64,000 nt of DNA, taken from contig JAAZIU010000023.1 in the NCBI GenBank assembly GCA_012800735.1, forward strand, positions 37,622 through 101,621, written 5' to 3'. Below the pieces are notes generated by a model. That model saw only the letters and a list, made by a program, of their open reading frames with translations, was not told the DNA's origin and ran no database searches. Of this stretch, positions 28,015 to 37,733 are shown piece after piece. This stretch comes from Clostridiales bacterium (GTDB lineage Bacteria > Bacillota > Clostridia > Oscillospirales > CAG-272). Position 1 is the stretch's first letter. Every line of letters starts with the position of its first letter. The position numbers and the translations under genes were made by a program.

Positions 28015-29325
28015 ATGCTTAAAGTAGTAAAATTCGGCGGCAGCTCGCTCGCCGACGCCGAACACTTCAAAAAAGCCGCCGAGATTGTAAAGGCGGAAAG
28101 TTCCCGCCACTTTGTAGTGCCGTCCGCGCCGGGAAAACGTTTCAAAGACGACGATAAGGTGACCGATCTTCTTTACAGCTGCTACGACGCGGCTAATTTG
28201 GGCGAGAATATCGACGACTCCTTCGAAAAGATCGAAAACCGTTATCGCGACATAATTAAAGGACTCGGAATTTCTCTGTCACTCGAAGAGGAATTTCAGG
28301 TGATCCGCGATTCATTTATGCACAAAGCCGGAAGAGATTACGCCGCTTCAAGAGGCGAATACCTGAACGGTCTTATCATGGCTCATTATTTGGGATGTGA
28401 ATTTGTTGATGCCGCCGACGTGATATTCTTCCGGGAAGACGGTTCCTTTGATGCCGAACGTACAAACACGATACTCGGGCAATATCTGCGCGAGCATGAC
28501 CACGCCGTGATCCCCGGCTTCTACGGCTCAATGCCGAACGACACCATCAAAACCTTTTCCCGCGGCGGCTCGGATATTACCGGTTCGATAGTCGCCCGCG
28601 CCACTATGTGCGATGTTTACGAAAACTGGACGGATGTTTCCGGTTTCATGATGGCGGATCCGCGAATAGTTAATAACCCGAAACCTATCGATGTTATCAC
28701 CTACCGCGAACTTCGCGAGCTTGCATATATGGGCGCCGGAGTGCTGCACGAAGAAGCGATATTCCCGGTTCGTTTTGCCGGAATACCGATAAATATCCGC
28801 AACACAAACGATCCAACCGCAGCGGGCACCATGATAGTCCCCGATGCGCCGGTGGGAGACAGGATTGTTACCGGTATAGCCGGAAAGAAAGGCTTTTCCG
28901 TTATAACAGTCGATAAAGAGTTGATGAATACCGAGATAGGGTTCGGTCGCAGGCTGCTTTCGGTGCTTGAGCGGGAGAGAATCAATTTCGAGCATCTTCC
29001 CAGCGGCATCGACACGATGTCCGTAGTGGTCGCGACACCGGTGCTTCAGGGACGCCGCGATCGCATAATGGACGAAATATGCGATATGCTCAACCCGGAT
29101 TCAATCCATATTGAGGATCACCTTGCCCTTATCGCCGTAGTCGGCCGCGGTATGAAAGCCGCGAAGGGAACCGCGGCGAGAGTTTTCACTTCAATCAGCA
29201 AAGCCGATGTAAATATCAAGATGATAGATCAGGGTTCATCCGAGCTTAATATCATCGTCGGTGTTGAAGACGTTGATTTCGAGAAGACCATGAGAGCGAT
29301 TTATGAGGAATTCGTCGGGGATTAA
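28015..29325 (+). CDS. lysC: Aspartate kinase
   Basis: KFGGSS, VVPSAPG, SRGE, FSRGGSDITG, WTDVSG and two ACT-like domains. Confidence 0.9.
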   Translation: MLKVVKFGGSSLADAEHFKKAAEIVKAESSRHFVVPSAPGKRFKDDDKVTDLLYSCYDAANLGENIDDSFEKIENRYRDIIKGLGISLSLEEEFQVIRDSFMHKAGRDYAASRGEYLNGLIMAHYLGCEFVDAADVIFFREDGSFDAERTNTILGQYLREHDHAVIPGFYGSMPNDTIKTFSRGGSDITGSIVARATMCDVYENWTDVSGFMMADPRIVNNPKPIDVITYRELRELAYMGAGVLHEEAIFPVRFAGIPINIRNTNDPTAAGTMIVPDAPVGDRIVTGIAGKKGFSVITVDKELMNTEIGFGRRLLSVLERERINFEHLPSGIDTMSVVVATPVLQGRRDRIMDEICDMLNPDSIHIEDHLALIAVVGRGMKAAKGTAARVFTSISKADVNIKMIDQGSSELNIIVGVEDVDFEKTMRAIYEEFVGD

Positions 29326-29370
29326 ATCTTTGTTATTCCACCCCTTCGTTTCAAAGGATCGATGTAATCG

Positions 29371-30267
29371 ATGTATAAAATAATAGACATTCATACCCAT
29401 ATTTACCCTGAGAAAATAGCAGAAAAAGCCTGCAGCGCGCTGGGAAAATTTTACGATTTCCCGATACAGGGCAAAGCGACATACAGAGACATAAAGGCGC
29501 AGTCGCTCGGTTTTGAAAAAGCGATATCTGCCGAAGACCTGTCAAATTCAGCCTTGATTGCCGGCTTTGTGCTGCTAAACGCCGCAACTTCGCCTCATCA
29601 GGTGCAAAAGGTAAACGATGCCCTTGCCAAAAATGTATTAAGGGCGCGGGAAGACGGCTTTTTCTGCCGCGGTTTTGCCGGTATGCATCAGGATTACGAG
29701 GATATGAAAGGCGAAGTCGAGCGCTGCGAAGCGATAGGGCTAACCGGTTTTAAGCTTCACCCGGATATTCAGGGCTGCGATATCGACGATTCGCGCTTTC
29801 TCCCGCTTTACGAAGCCTGCGAAGGGCGGATGCCGGTTTTCTTCCATATGGGCGATGACAGAGCTGATTACCAATATTCCACGCCGGAAAAGCTTCGGCG
29901 CATTCTTGATATGTTTCCCCGGCTGAAAGCGGTTGCGGCGCATTTCGGCTGCTATAAAACGTGGGCGGCGGGGGCGGAATGCCTCTGGGATGACCCGAAT
30001 GTATACTTCGACTGTTCCTCCGCTCTCTGGGCGCTCAGTCCGGATGCGGCTGTCGCTCTGATACGGCGGATATCTCCCGGCAGGATGCTTTACGGAACCG
30101 ACTATCCGGTTTTCAGCTTTCTGCCGTATTATAGGCTGTTTGCCAAACTTGAGCTTACAGACGGCGAGAAAGAAGATATATTATATAACAACGCAATCCG
30201 CTTTTTCGAAATGTGCGACGCGGAAAACGCCGCTTATCACAGCCGCGGCGAAAACAAACCGATATAA
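29371..30267 (+). CDS. Amidohydrolase family protein (amidohydro_2)
   Basis: IDIHTH, GFKLHP, FHMG, AAHFG and YGTDYP motifs. Confidence 0.85.
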   Translation: MYKIIDIHTHIYPEKIAEKACSALGKFYDFPIQGKATYRDIKAQSLGFEKAISAEDLSNSALIAGFVLLNAATSPHQVQKVNDALAKNVLRAREDGFFCRGFAGMHQDYEDMKGEVERCEAIGLTGFKLHPDIQGCDIDDSRFLPLYEACEGRMPVFFHMGDDRADYQYSTPEKLRRILDMFPRLKAVAAHFGCYKTWAAGAECLWDDPNVYFDCSSALWALSPDAAVALIRRISPGRMLYGTDYPVFSFLPYYRLFAKLELTDGEKEDILYNNAIRFFEMCDAENAAYHSRGENKPI

Positions 30268-30274
30268 TTTTAAA

Positions 30275-30303
30275 AAAGGAAGCTCTGCGGCTTCCTTTCT
30301 TTT
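30275..30303 (+). terminator. Probable intrinsic terminator
   Basis: aaaggaagc/gcttccttt stem with a T-rich tail. Confidence 0.6.
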
Positions 30304-30316
30304 ATGAGGTCAGAGA

Positions 30317-31414
30317 ATGATATATGATTCGGTATGGCGGAGGATGGCCGACTGTCCGCTTCCGCTCGTGATGTACGGAACCGGAGACGGCGCGGACAGG
30401 ATATGCAATATGCTGAATCGTTTCGGCCGCGAACCTGACGCCTTTTTCGCATCGGAAGAACGAGTCAGACCCGGACAAATATTCCGCGCAAAGCCGGTAA
30501 AGAGTTACAGTGATATCTGCCTTCAATACCCGGAATTCGCCGTCGTCCTCGGTTTCGGCTCAGATTTGCCGGATGTTATTTGGCGGGTAAGCTGCCTTTT
30601 TCAGCGGCATAAACTTTTCGTCCCGGAGATAGCCCCGTCGCCGGATGCGGAAGACCCGGAAAATGATATATTCACATCACAGACAGCGCTCAGATATCGC
30701 GAGGAAATCTCCGCTTGCCGCAACTTATGGGCTGACCTGCAGTCCCGCCGGTTGTTTGACGCAATCCTGCGCTTCAGAATGAGCGGGGATATCGCCGATA
30801 TTGCGGGAACTGCTTCGCAGGATATGTATCTTCCGCTTTATCACTCGAAAAAAAGCTATAAAACCGCCGCCGACTTAGGCGCGAATCGCGGTCAGACGTC
30901 GCTTGAACTGCTCATGCGGTTCCCGATGATTTCCCGTGTAATCGCGATGGAGCCGGATATGACGAATTTCCGCAAACTTGGCGCCGCCGTAAGGAAGGAC
31001 AGCCGGATAGAGCCGTATAACATAGCCGCCTGGGATGAGAACGCGCAGATAACCGTATTCGGCGACGGCTCCCGCGGCAGCTCCGCCGAAAGGGAGGATA
31101 AAAGCCAAAAGCGCCGTTTCCGCCCGACAAATATCCGCGCCGCAACCTTCGACAGCATAATTGACGGTGACTGCGACCTTCTGCATATCGATGTCGAAGG
31201 CTCGGAACAGCGGGCGCTGAAAGGAGCAAGGGAAACTATAAGCCGCTCCCGGCCGGATATAATGTTCGCCGTGTATCATCGGATGACCGATCTTTTCCTG
31301 CTCCCGTTGCTTATCCGGCGTCTGATGCCGGAAAAAAGCTTCTATCTCCGCCGCCCCGAGGCATATCCGGCGTGGGACCTGACCCTCACGGCGATAAGCA
31401 GAACGCAATGTTAA
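30317..31414 (+). CDS. FkbM family methyltransferase
   Basis: N-terminal YGTGDGA Rossmann-like segment; DLGANRG, AMEPD and HIDVEGSE motifs; AVYHR. Confidence 0.85.
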   Translation: MIYDSVWRRMADCPLPLVMYGTGDGADRICNMLNRFGREPDAFFASEERVRPGQIFRAKPVKSYSDICLQYPEFAVVLGFGSDLPDVIWRVSCLFQRHKLFVPEIAPSPDAEDPENDIFTSQTALRYREEISACRNLWADLQSRRLFDAILRFRMSGDIADIAGTASQDMYLPLYHSKKSYKTAADLGANRGQTSLELLMRFPMISRVIAMEPDMTNFRKLGAAVRKDSRIEPYNIAAWDENAQITVFGDGSRGSSAEREDKSQKRRFRPTNIRAATFDSIIDGDCDLLHIDVEGSEQRALKGARETISRSRPDIMFAVYHRMTDLFLLPLLIRRLMPEKSFYLRRPEAYPAWDLTLTAISRTQC

Positions 31415-31426
31415 AACTGCACAAAA
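31397..31426 (+). repeat. 30-bp direct repeat, left copy (includes the last codons of the FkbM gene)
   Basis: agcagaacgcaatgttaaaactgcacaaaa, identical to 35259..35288. Confidence 0.95.
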
Positions 31427-31622
31427 ACAACACTTACTAATTATTACATTCGCTGAAAATAAAAAATGTCCTAAAAATTATGGTCTTTTGAATGAGTATC
31501 GTATATAATATAATTACGATAAAGTTTAAGGGTAAGATTAATTATAAATACTGCTAAGAAATTGCAGATGCCTCTTCTGTGGGAATAATCACGGATTAAC
31601 TTTATTATACTGGTGATGAAAA

Positions 31623-33413
31623 ATGAAGAATAATATCAAGAAAACATTTAAATATATAATGCTGTCCGTGAAATTAATTGTTGCGGCAGGCAAGGCTCAT
31701 GTAATATTATGGGTAATCGCAATCATAATACCTCCTATAATTGAAATCTTGAAGAAAATTATTAACGCAAATATGATTGACGGCATATATAACCTTTTAC
31801 ACGGCGGAAGTGTTTTTATTCCTCTGATATCGTTATGCGTATTAGTATTGGTTTCCGCCGGATATAATATATTTTATAAGATACAAAGCCGGGTGTTCTG
31901 GATTCTCGCTCAATCCGCCGATGAACAAATGATGTTATATGTAATGGAAAAATCATCGGGAATAAAACAAATATCGTTTGATTCCGCCTCAAGATTCGAT
32001 AAAATAAAAGATTCCATCGGTTCTGATCTGTCATTGTGGGATTTGAATTGCAATTTAATGGATTTCATTACGACATGCGTCACAATCGTGGGAAGCATTG
32101 TAATTGTGAAAAATTATAATATAAAGCTTGTCGCCGTTGCTTTTATTTTTTCGATTCCATTTTATTTCATCAGTAACATTCTCAGAAAATACGATGCGGA
32201 ATCGAATGTGCTTTCACGCCGAAAAACACATATAATGGGTTATTATTTGGATATGCTCACAGGGGTGAAAGCGGCGAAAGAAATTCGTCTTTTTGGAATA
32301 CAGGAATATATGCTTTCCATTTGGCATGGCAAGCATCGTAAATTTCAGAAAGAGGATGAGCGGATTGCATTTCGCCAGATGTGTTTTTCACTTGTTTTAA
32401 TCATTGTAGAGGTACTCTATTCTTTTTTGATTTATTTTGTTTGCGCGAAAAGTGTGATAGACAAAACAATCACCGTCGGTGAGTTTTATTTATTTACTGC
32501 AAATTTCTTTTTGATGTTTGAAGCGTTTCAGCAAATCTCTGAAACAATCAGGAGTACCTTGAATATAAGCCATGAATACGATGCTTTTGAAAAATTCACG
32601 AAAGAAACCGAAGAGGGAGAACGAACGGGAACTGCATTTGTTCCGACGGAAATGATATCGATACGTTTTGAAAACGTATCCTTCCATTATGAGGATGAGC
32701 CGGTTCTCAGGGACATTTCTTTCGAGTGGAAAACCGGAGAAAATATTGCTTTGATTGGCAGGAATGGATGCGGAAAATCAACGTTAATAAAACTGATCTG
32801 CGGGCTTTATGAATGCGATAAGGGGACGATTTATATCAACGATGTCGACGTAAACGAATACGCACAAAGCGATCTATATAAGCTGTTTGGCGTTGTGTAT
32901 CAGGATTTTTGTCATTATCAACTGCCGCTGAGAACGATATTGGCCTCTCAGCGTCTCGATGCTCTTTACGACGATGACGCCTTGTGGGAGGTCTTTGACC
33001 GCGTTGATTGTTCTGAAGTAAAAAAGCAATTGACGGATGGTTTGGATACGCCGCTGGGACGTGAATATGATGACGGCGTGGAATTATCCGGCGGTCAATG
33101 GCAAAAGCTGGCGATTGCCCGGAATTACTATGGAAATCGGCCGTTCTTGATTTTTGATGAGCCTTCTGCTGCATTAGATCCGAAAGCGGAGTTTAAAATT
33201 ATTGAAGACTTGCTTTCCCACACTGAAAAAATGGAACTGAAAAGCGTTCTTGTCATCTCCCATCGGCTGAGTGTGGGAAAACTCGTCGACAGAATCCTTT
33301 ATTTGGAAGATGGACGTATTGTAGAACAGGGGACACATGATGAATTGATGAGTCGAAACGGCAGTTACGCGAAAATGTACAATACACAGGCTTCGCTTTA
33401 TGAAAGGGGATAA
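31623..33413 (+). CDS. ABC exporter, fused TM and ATP-binding domains (1)
   Basis: TM helices; Walker A GRNGCGKS, signature LSGGQWQK, Walker B FDEP, SHR; AT-rich codons. Confidence 0.92.
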   Translation: MKNNIKKTFKYIMLSVKLIVAAGKAHVILWVIAIIIPPIIEILKKIINANMIDGIYNLLHGGSVFIPLISLCVLVLVSAGYNIFYKIQSRVFWILAQSADEQMMLYVMEKSSGIKQISFDSASRFDKIKDSIGSDLSLWDLNCNLMDFITTCVTIVGSIVIVKNYNIKLVAVAFIFSIPFYFISNILRKYDAESNVLSRRKTHIMGYYLDMLTGVKAAKEIRLFGIQEYMLSIWHGKHRKFQKEDERIAFRQMCFSLVLIIVEVLYSFLIYFVCAKSVIDKTITVGEFYLFTANFFLMFEAFQQISETIRSTLNISHEYDAFEKFTKETEEGERTGTAFVPTEMISIRFENVSFHYEDEPVLRDISFEWKTGENIALIGRNGCGKSTLIKLICGLYECDKGTIYINDVDVNEYAQSDLYKLFGVVYQDFCHYQLPLRTILASQRLDALYDDDALWEVFDRVDCSEVKKQLTDGLDTPLGREYDDGVELSGGQWQKLAIARNYYGNRPFLIFDEPSAALDPKAEFKIIEDLLSHTEKMELKSVLVISHRLSVGKLVDRILYLEDGRIVEQGTHDELMSRNGSYAKMYNTQASLYERG

Positions 33414-33421
33414 AGATAAGG

Positions 33422-35206
33422 ATGAAAAATATTCAATTATCCGTTCGCAATATTGTTATCCTATTCAAAATATTAGGGAAAGAGCAATTATTCGGATTGA
33501 TACTGCGCACTTTATCAACGGTCGTAAATATTGTTTTACCGCTATTGTTGATTTATTTTCAAAAAAGATTGATACAGCTGATTCAAATAGAAACAACCAG
33601 TGAAAAAATACTGATATTTTCTGTTGTTTCAATTTCATGCGTCCTGTTGGCAAAAAAGATTTTAGAGATTATTTTTGGCTTTATTAATTCGGTATTGAAT
33701 AATAAATTATCGTGTAAGCTGGAATATACATTACATAAGAAATGCGTGAATGCACAGCTTCGTGCCTATGATAATCATGAAATATATGACAAAATGACCA
33801 TAGCGAACAGAATCGGAACTTCGACGATAACAAATTATATCTTTGCGTTTTTTGACATTGCCGGCGAGATCATGCAGTTTCTATCTTCTGCAATCATACT
33901 ATGTACCTTTTCTGTATGGCTGTTGGCGGCGGCTTTAATAGGCGCAATTCCGGGAATATTTGTACGAATATTTGGGAATAAGTATGAAGAGTTCGACAAA
34001 AAACGTACATCGATTGTCAGGCGAATGAATTATTTTAAAAACATCGCAACCAAAGGCGAATATACAAAAGAGACAAAGTTGTTCGGGATTATTCCTTTTG
34101 TCTGCGGCGAACACAAACGATATTATGATGCATGGGCAAAAAGTGAATTAGCCTATAGAGATGAGGACAATCGCAGAAGAATAATATGGCAGTCAGCGAC
34201 GTCTTTGTTGATCATGGTATTGCCGTCTCTGTACTTAATATGGCGTGCGTCGCTGAATGAAATTGATGTTGCGGATTTTTCATACTATTTAAGCTTATTG
34301 ACATTATGTCATGGTAATCTGACTGCAATTATCAATCATTTGTTTGACAATGAGCTTGCGGACAGCCGGATCAAGGACTATTTTGAATTTTTGAATATGC
34401 CCATAGACAGCCGGGAAGGAGAGGATATTCCTGCGGAGTGGTTGAAGGAAATTCCCAGAATAGAGTTTCAGAATGTATCGTTTCGTTACAGCGGTTCCGA
34501 GACAAATGCGCTCGATAATGTAAACTTTGTAATCGAAGCGCATGAAAAAGTCGCGATAGTGGGACTTAACGGCGCGGGAAAAACAACATTAATCAAGCTG
34601 CTATGTGGATTATATGAAGTGTCAGAGGGTAAAATTCTGATTGGCGGTCGGAATATCATGGAATTTTCACAAGTCTCAGTGTATCGATTATTCTCTGTTG
34701 TATTTCAGGATTTTCTGAATTATGAAATGCCTTTTATTGAGTCTCTTTCATTGGGCGGTGAAGAAAAAGTGACAGCGGAGGCGGTCTATGAGGCATTTGA
34801 TCATATGGATGGCAGAAATATTGTGGAAAAAAGATTTTTGGGTGATCTCAATCGATCTGTGGGAAAAATAATAGATAAAGACGGTGTGGAACTGTCGGGT
34901 GGGGAACATCAAAAAGTTGCATTAGCTCGTTCTATACTACAGAACAGACCCATGATCATTCTGGACGAGCCGACATCTAACTTGGATGCATATGCAGAAA
35001 CTGCGATTTTGAAAAATTTCTTATCACATATTTATCAAAAGTCTGTGGTTATTGTATCCCATAGATTATCAGCAGTACATTTTGTTGACAAAATTATCGT
35101 TATGGAAAATGCTCATATCATTGAGCAGGGAACGCATTCGGAATTAATGAAAAGAAACGGAAAATATGCGTCTATGTACGAATTGCAAGCGAGTCAATAC
35201 CAATAA
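33422..35206 (+). CDS. ABC exporter, fused TM and ATP-binding domains (2)
   Basis: Walker A GLNGAGKT, signature LSGGEHQK, ILDEP, SHR; 8 bp after the first ABC gene. Confidence 0.92.
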   Translation: MKNIQLSVRNIVILFKILGKEQLFGLILRTLSTVVNIVLPLLLIYFQKRLIQLIQIETTSEKILIFSVVSISCVLLAKKILEIIFGFINSVLNNKLSCKLEYTLHKKCVNAQLRAYDNHEIYDKMTIANRIGTSTITNYIFAFFDIAGEIMQFLSSAIILCTFSVWLLAAALIGAIPGIFVRIFGNKYEEFDKKRTSIVRRMNYFKNIATKGEYTKETKLFGIIPFVCGEHKRYYDAWAKSELAYRDEDNRRRIIWQSATSLLIMVLPSLYLIWRASLNEIDVADFSYYLSLLTLCHGNLTAIINHLFDNELADSRIKDYFEFLNMPIDSREGEDIPAEWLKEIPRIEFQNVSFRYSGSETNALDNVNFVIEAHEKVAIVGLNGAGKTTLIKLLCGLYEVSEGKILIGGRNIMEFSQVSVYRLFSVVFQDFLNYEMPFIESLSLGGEEKVTAEAVYEAFDHMDGRNIVEKRFLGDLNRSVGKIIDKDGVELSGGEHQKVALARSILQNRPMIILDEPTSNLDAYAETAILKNFLSHIYQKSVVIVSHRLSAVHFVDKIIVMENAHIIEQGTHSELMKRNGKYASMYELQASQYQ

Positions 35207-35258
35207 TAATTCTGTTAAGTGGCGATTATGTTGCACTAATTAGATATTTTTTTGTCAG

Positions 35259-35288
35259 AGCAGAACGCAATGTTAAAACTGCACAAAA
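35259..35288 (+). repeat. 30-bp direct repeat, right copy
   Basis: Identical to 31397..31426. Colinear degenerate similarity continues for about 100 bp (tcgctgaaaat; gtatcgtNtataatataattNcgat). Confidence 0.95.
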
Positions 35289-35343
35289 TTCACATCTCTA
35301 AAATGTTAAAATCGCTGAAAATTCAAAAAAATCGAAAAACCTA

Positions 35344-35372
35344 TTGACAAGCGATTTTGTATCGTTTATAAT
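35344..35372 (+). promoter_or_regulatory. Perfect sigma-A promoter driving the small ORF
   Basis: TTGACA-17bp-TATAAT. Confidence 0.85.
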
Positions 35373-35454
35373 ATAATTGCGATGAGGAAAAGAACGGAAT
35401 GTAACAAAGACCGTTGACTTCATCAAAAATAAAAAACTAAGGAGGTGAGAGGCA

Positions 35455-35550
35455 GTGTTTACGAGACGGACAGGTTGTCCGGGTCACAGGGCGTTTGACA
35501 GGATTGAGCCGTTCAAGCTTGAAACATATCCAAATAAACGTTCTGGCTAA
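35455..35550 (+). CDS. Small 31-aa protein MFTRRTGCPGHRAFDRIEPFKLETYPNKRSG (absent from the ORF track)
   Basis: GTG start 9 nt after GGAGG within the RBS AAGGAGGTGA; consensus promoter upstream; terminator immediately after the TAA. Confidence 0.6.
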   Translation: MFTRRTGCPGHRAFDRIEPFKLETYPNKRSG

Positions 35551-35598
35551 AGCGCGCATCCTATGCGGTGAATTTTTCGTAGGATGTGCGCTTTTTTT
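35551..35598 (+). terminator. Terminator of the small-ORF transcript
   Basis: 15-bp stem agcgcgcatcctatg/cgtaggatgtgcgct (two G-U pairs) followed by ttttttt. Confidence 0.85.
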
Positions 35599-35655
35599 AT
35601 TTTGTTTGCAATACGGTCGTCTGTTGCAGCAAGCAGCGAGCGCTTTATATAAAAT

Positions 35656-35684
35656 AAAAAACCCGCTCATAAGGCGGGTTTTTT
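35656..35684. terminator. Bidirectional terminator (end of the transketolase operon)
   Basis: aaaaaacccgc-tcataag-gcgggtttttt. Confidence 0.8.
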
Positions 35685-35737
35685 AAAGACTATTTCGTTT
35701 ATCAGAAAGCTTTTAAGAAAGAGAATTGCAGTTTGTT

Positions 35738-36700
35738 TTACTTATTCTTCATCGCAATCGCGGCCCTTACATTCGCGGCGATGTCCGCCGGAGTCAGGCC
35801 GTATTCTTCAAGCAGGGCGGCGGGCTTGCCCGACTTGCCGAACTTGTCCCTTATACCGACACGCTTGACCGGACAGGGATGGTTTTCAGAAAGCGTCTCG
35901 CAGACGGCGGCGCCGAGTCCGCCGATAATCTGGTGCTCTTCGGCGGTAACGATCGCGCCGGTCTTGACGGCGTATTTTACCACGAGCTCTTCATCAAGCG
36001 GTTTTATCGTGTGTATGTTTATAACGGCGGCGTCAATGCCTTCGGCTTTAAGCAGCTCACGCGCCTGGAGTGCCGAGTCTACCATCATGCCGGTTGCGAA
36101 TATCGCGGCGTCGGAGCCGTCGGCAAAGACGATTCCTTTGCCAAGTTCAAATTTATAATTGTCCGGGTCGTTGATGACCGGAAACGCGAGACGGCCGAGT
36201 CTGATGTAAACGGGACCGACATAGTTTAGCGCTGCCTCGACGGCGGCGGCGGTCTCGACGACGTCGGACGGCGAAATAATCGTCATTCCCGGTATGCTGC
36301 GCATCGTTGCGATGTCTTCGTTGCACTGGTGGGTTGCTCCGTCTTCTCCTACCGAGATTCCGGCGTGGGTAGCGGCGATTTTTACATTGAGATGAGGATA
36401 TCCTATCCCGTTGCGAATCTGCTCATATGCGCGTCCGGCGGCGAAAATCGCAAAGGTGGAAGCGAAGGGAACGAGCAGTCCGGTCGCGGCGATTCCGGCG
36501 GCGACCAGCATCATGTTGCCTTCCTGGATTCCGCAGTCGAAATGACGGTCGGGGAACTTCTTTTGGAAGGTTCCGGTTTTGGTGGCAGAGGCGAGGTCGG
36601 CGTCAAGCACGACGAAATTTTCGTATTTCTCGCCCAGAGCGGCGAGCGCGTTGCCGTAGGCGTCGCGGGTTGCTATTTTCTTTGTATCAGCCATTGTCAT
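35738..36700 (-). CDS. Transketolase, C-terminal subunit
   Basis: DADLA, GIQEGN, HAGISVGEDGATHQ, IHTIKPLD and EEH motifs. Confidence 0.93.
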   Translation of the reverse strand: MTMADTKKIATRDAYGNALAALGEKYENFVVLDADLASATKTGTFQKKFPDRHFDCGIQEGNMMLVAAGIAATGLLVPFASTFAIFAAGRAYEQIRNGIGYPHLNVKIAATHAGISVGEDGATHQCNEDIATMRSIPGMTIISPSDVVETAAAVEAALNYVGPVYIRLGRLAFPVINDPDNYKFELGKGIVFADGSDAAIFATGMMVDSALQARELLKAEGIDAAVINIHTIKPLDEELVVKYAVKTGAIVTAEEHQIIGGLGAAVCETLSENHPCPVKRVGIRDKFGKSGKPAALLEEYGLTPADIAANVRAAIAMKNK

Positions 36701-36712
36701 TTCTCCTTCCGT

Positions 36713-37555
36713 TCAATTATCGAGCTCGGCTTTGGCGGCTTCAAGCTCTTTGACGGCCTGCGCGTATTCTTCGGCGTTCGGAGCTTTGCCGTGCCAGCCT
36801 ACGCTGTCTTCCATATAAGAAACTCCGTTGCCCTTTACAGTCTTCGCGACTATCATCGTCGGCTTGCCCTTTGTCTGTTTCGAAAGATCCACGGCGGCTT
36901 TAATGGCGCGGAAATCATGTCCGTCGATCTCTATAACATTCCAGTTGAAAGCGCGGAATTTGTCGGCGATTGATGCGGTATTAAGGACTTCTTCGGTGGT
37001 TCCGTCTATCTGAAGACCGTTTAAGTCAACAAAAGCGCAGAGGTTGTCAAGCCCAAAATGCGCGGCGAAAAGCGCGGCTTCCCAGCACTGACCTTCGCCA
37101 AGCTCGCCGTCGCCCATCATTGCGTAAATGCGGAAGTCCTTGCCGCAGTATTTGGCGGCTTTTGCCATTCCGCAGGCGGCGGAGATGCCCAGCCCGAGCG
37201 AGCCGGTAGTCATGTCGACTCCGGGGGTGTTCTTCATTTCGGGATGCCCCTGAAGATAGCTGTCAATTTTGCGGAAAGTTTTGAGATCTTCGCGCGGGAA
37301 ATATCCCCTGAGCGCAAGGACGGAATAAAGTCCCGGCGTACAGTGACCCTTTGAAAGCACAAAGCGGTCGCGTTCGGTCCACTGCGGGTTCTTCGGGTCG
37401 ATATTCATTTCAACAAAATAAAGATACGCGAGGATATCTGTGATGGACAGCGATCCGCCGGGATGCCCCGAACCGGCGCTGTATACGGCTTCGACTGCGC
37501 CGAGCTTGATATCGATGCTTATCTTTTTAAGCTCTTTGATCTTTGCCTGATCCAT
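36713..37555 (-). CDS. Transketolase, N-terminal subunit
   Basis: GHPGGSLS, DRFVLSKGH, TTGSLGLG and the GDGE TPP motif. Confidence 0.93.
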   Translation of the reverse strand: MDQAKIKELKKISIDIKLGAVEAVYSAGSGHPGGSLSITDILAYLYFVEMNIDPKNPQWTERDRFVLSKGHCTPGLYSVLALRGYFPREDLKTFRKIDSYLQGHPEMKNTPGVDMTTGSLGLGISAACGMAKAAKYCGKDFRIYAMMGDGELGEGQCWEAALFAAHFGLDNLCAFVDLNGLQIDGTTEEVLNTASIADKFRAFNWNVIEIDGHDFRAIKAAVDLSKQTKGKPTMIVAKTVKGNGVSYMEDSVGWHGKAPNAEEYAQAVKELEAAKAELDN

Positions 37556-37733
37556 TTAAACGACTCCAATCTGTAATAAATTCGTGTATTTTGCCTTAAA
37601 AAATAATTCCGGCAGAAAATGCATACATAATTATGATACACTTTTTCGCCGGCATAGTCAAACGTATTTTGTAAATATTTGTCAGCTGCGTGCGTTAAGC
37701 GGCAAAACAGGCGTTATTCCGTCTCGTCGGAAA

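Noticed and set aside
35308-35322. CodY-like box AAATCGCTGAAAATT
   Set aside because: Three mismatches to AATTTTCWGAAAATT in AT-rich DNA is too weak to call.
35379-35598. T-box, known riboswitch or type I toxin interpretation of the small transcript
   Set aside because: No T-box (GGTGGNACC) or riboswitch consensus, no downstream gene on that strand, and the peptide is not hydrophobic.
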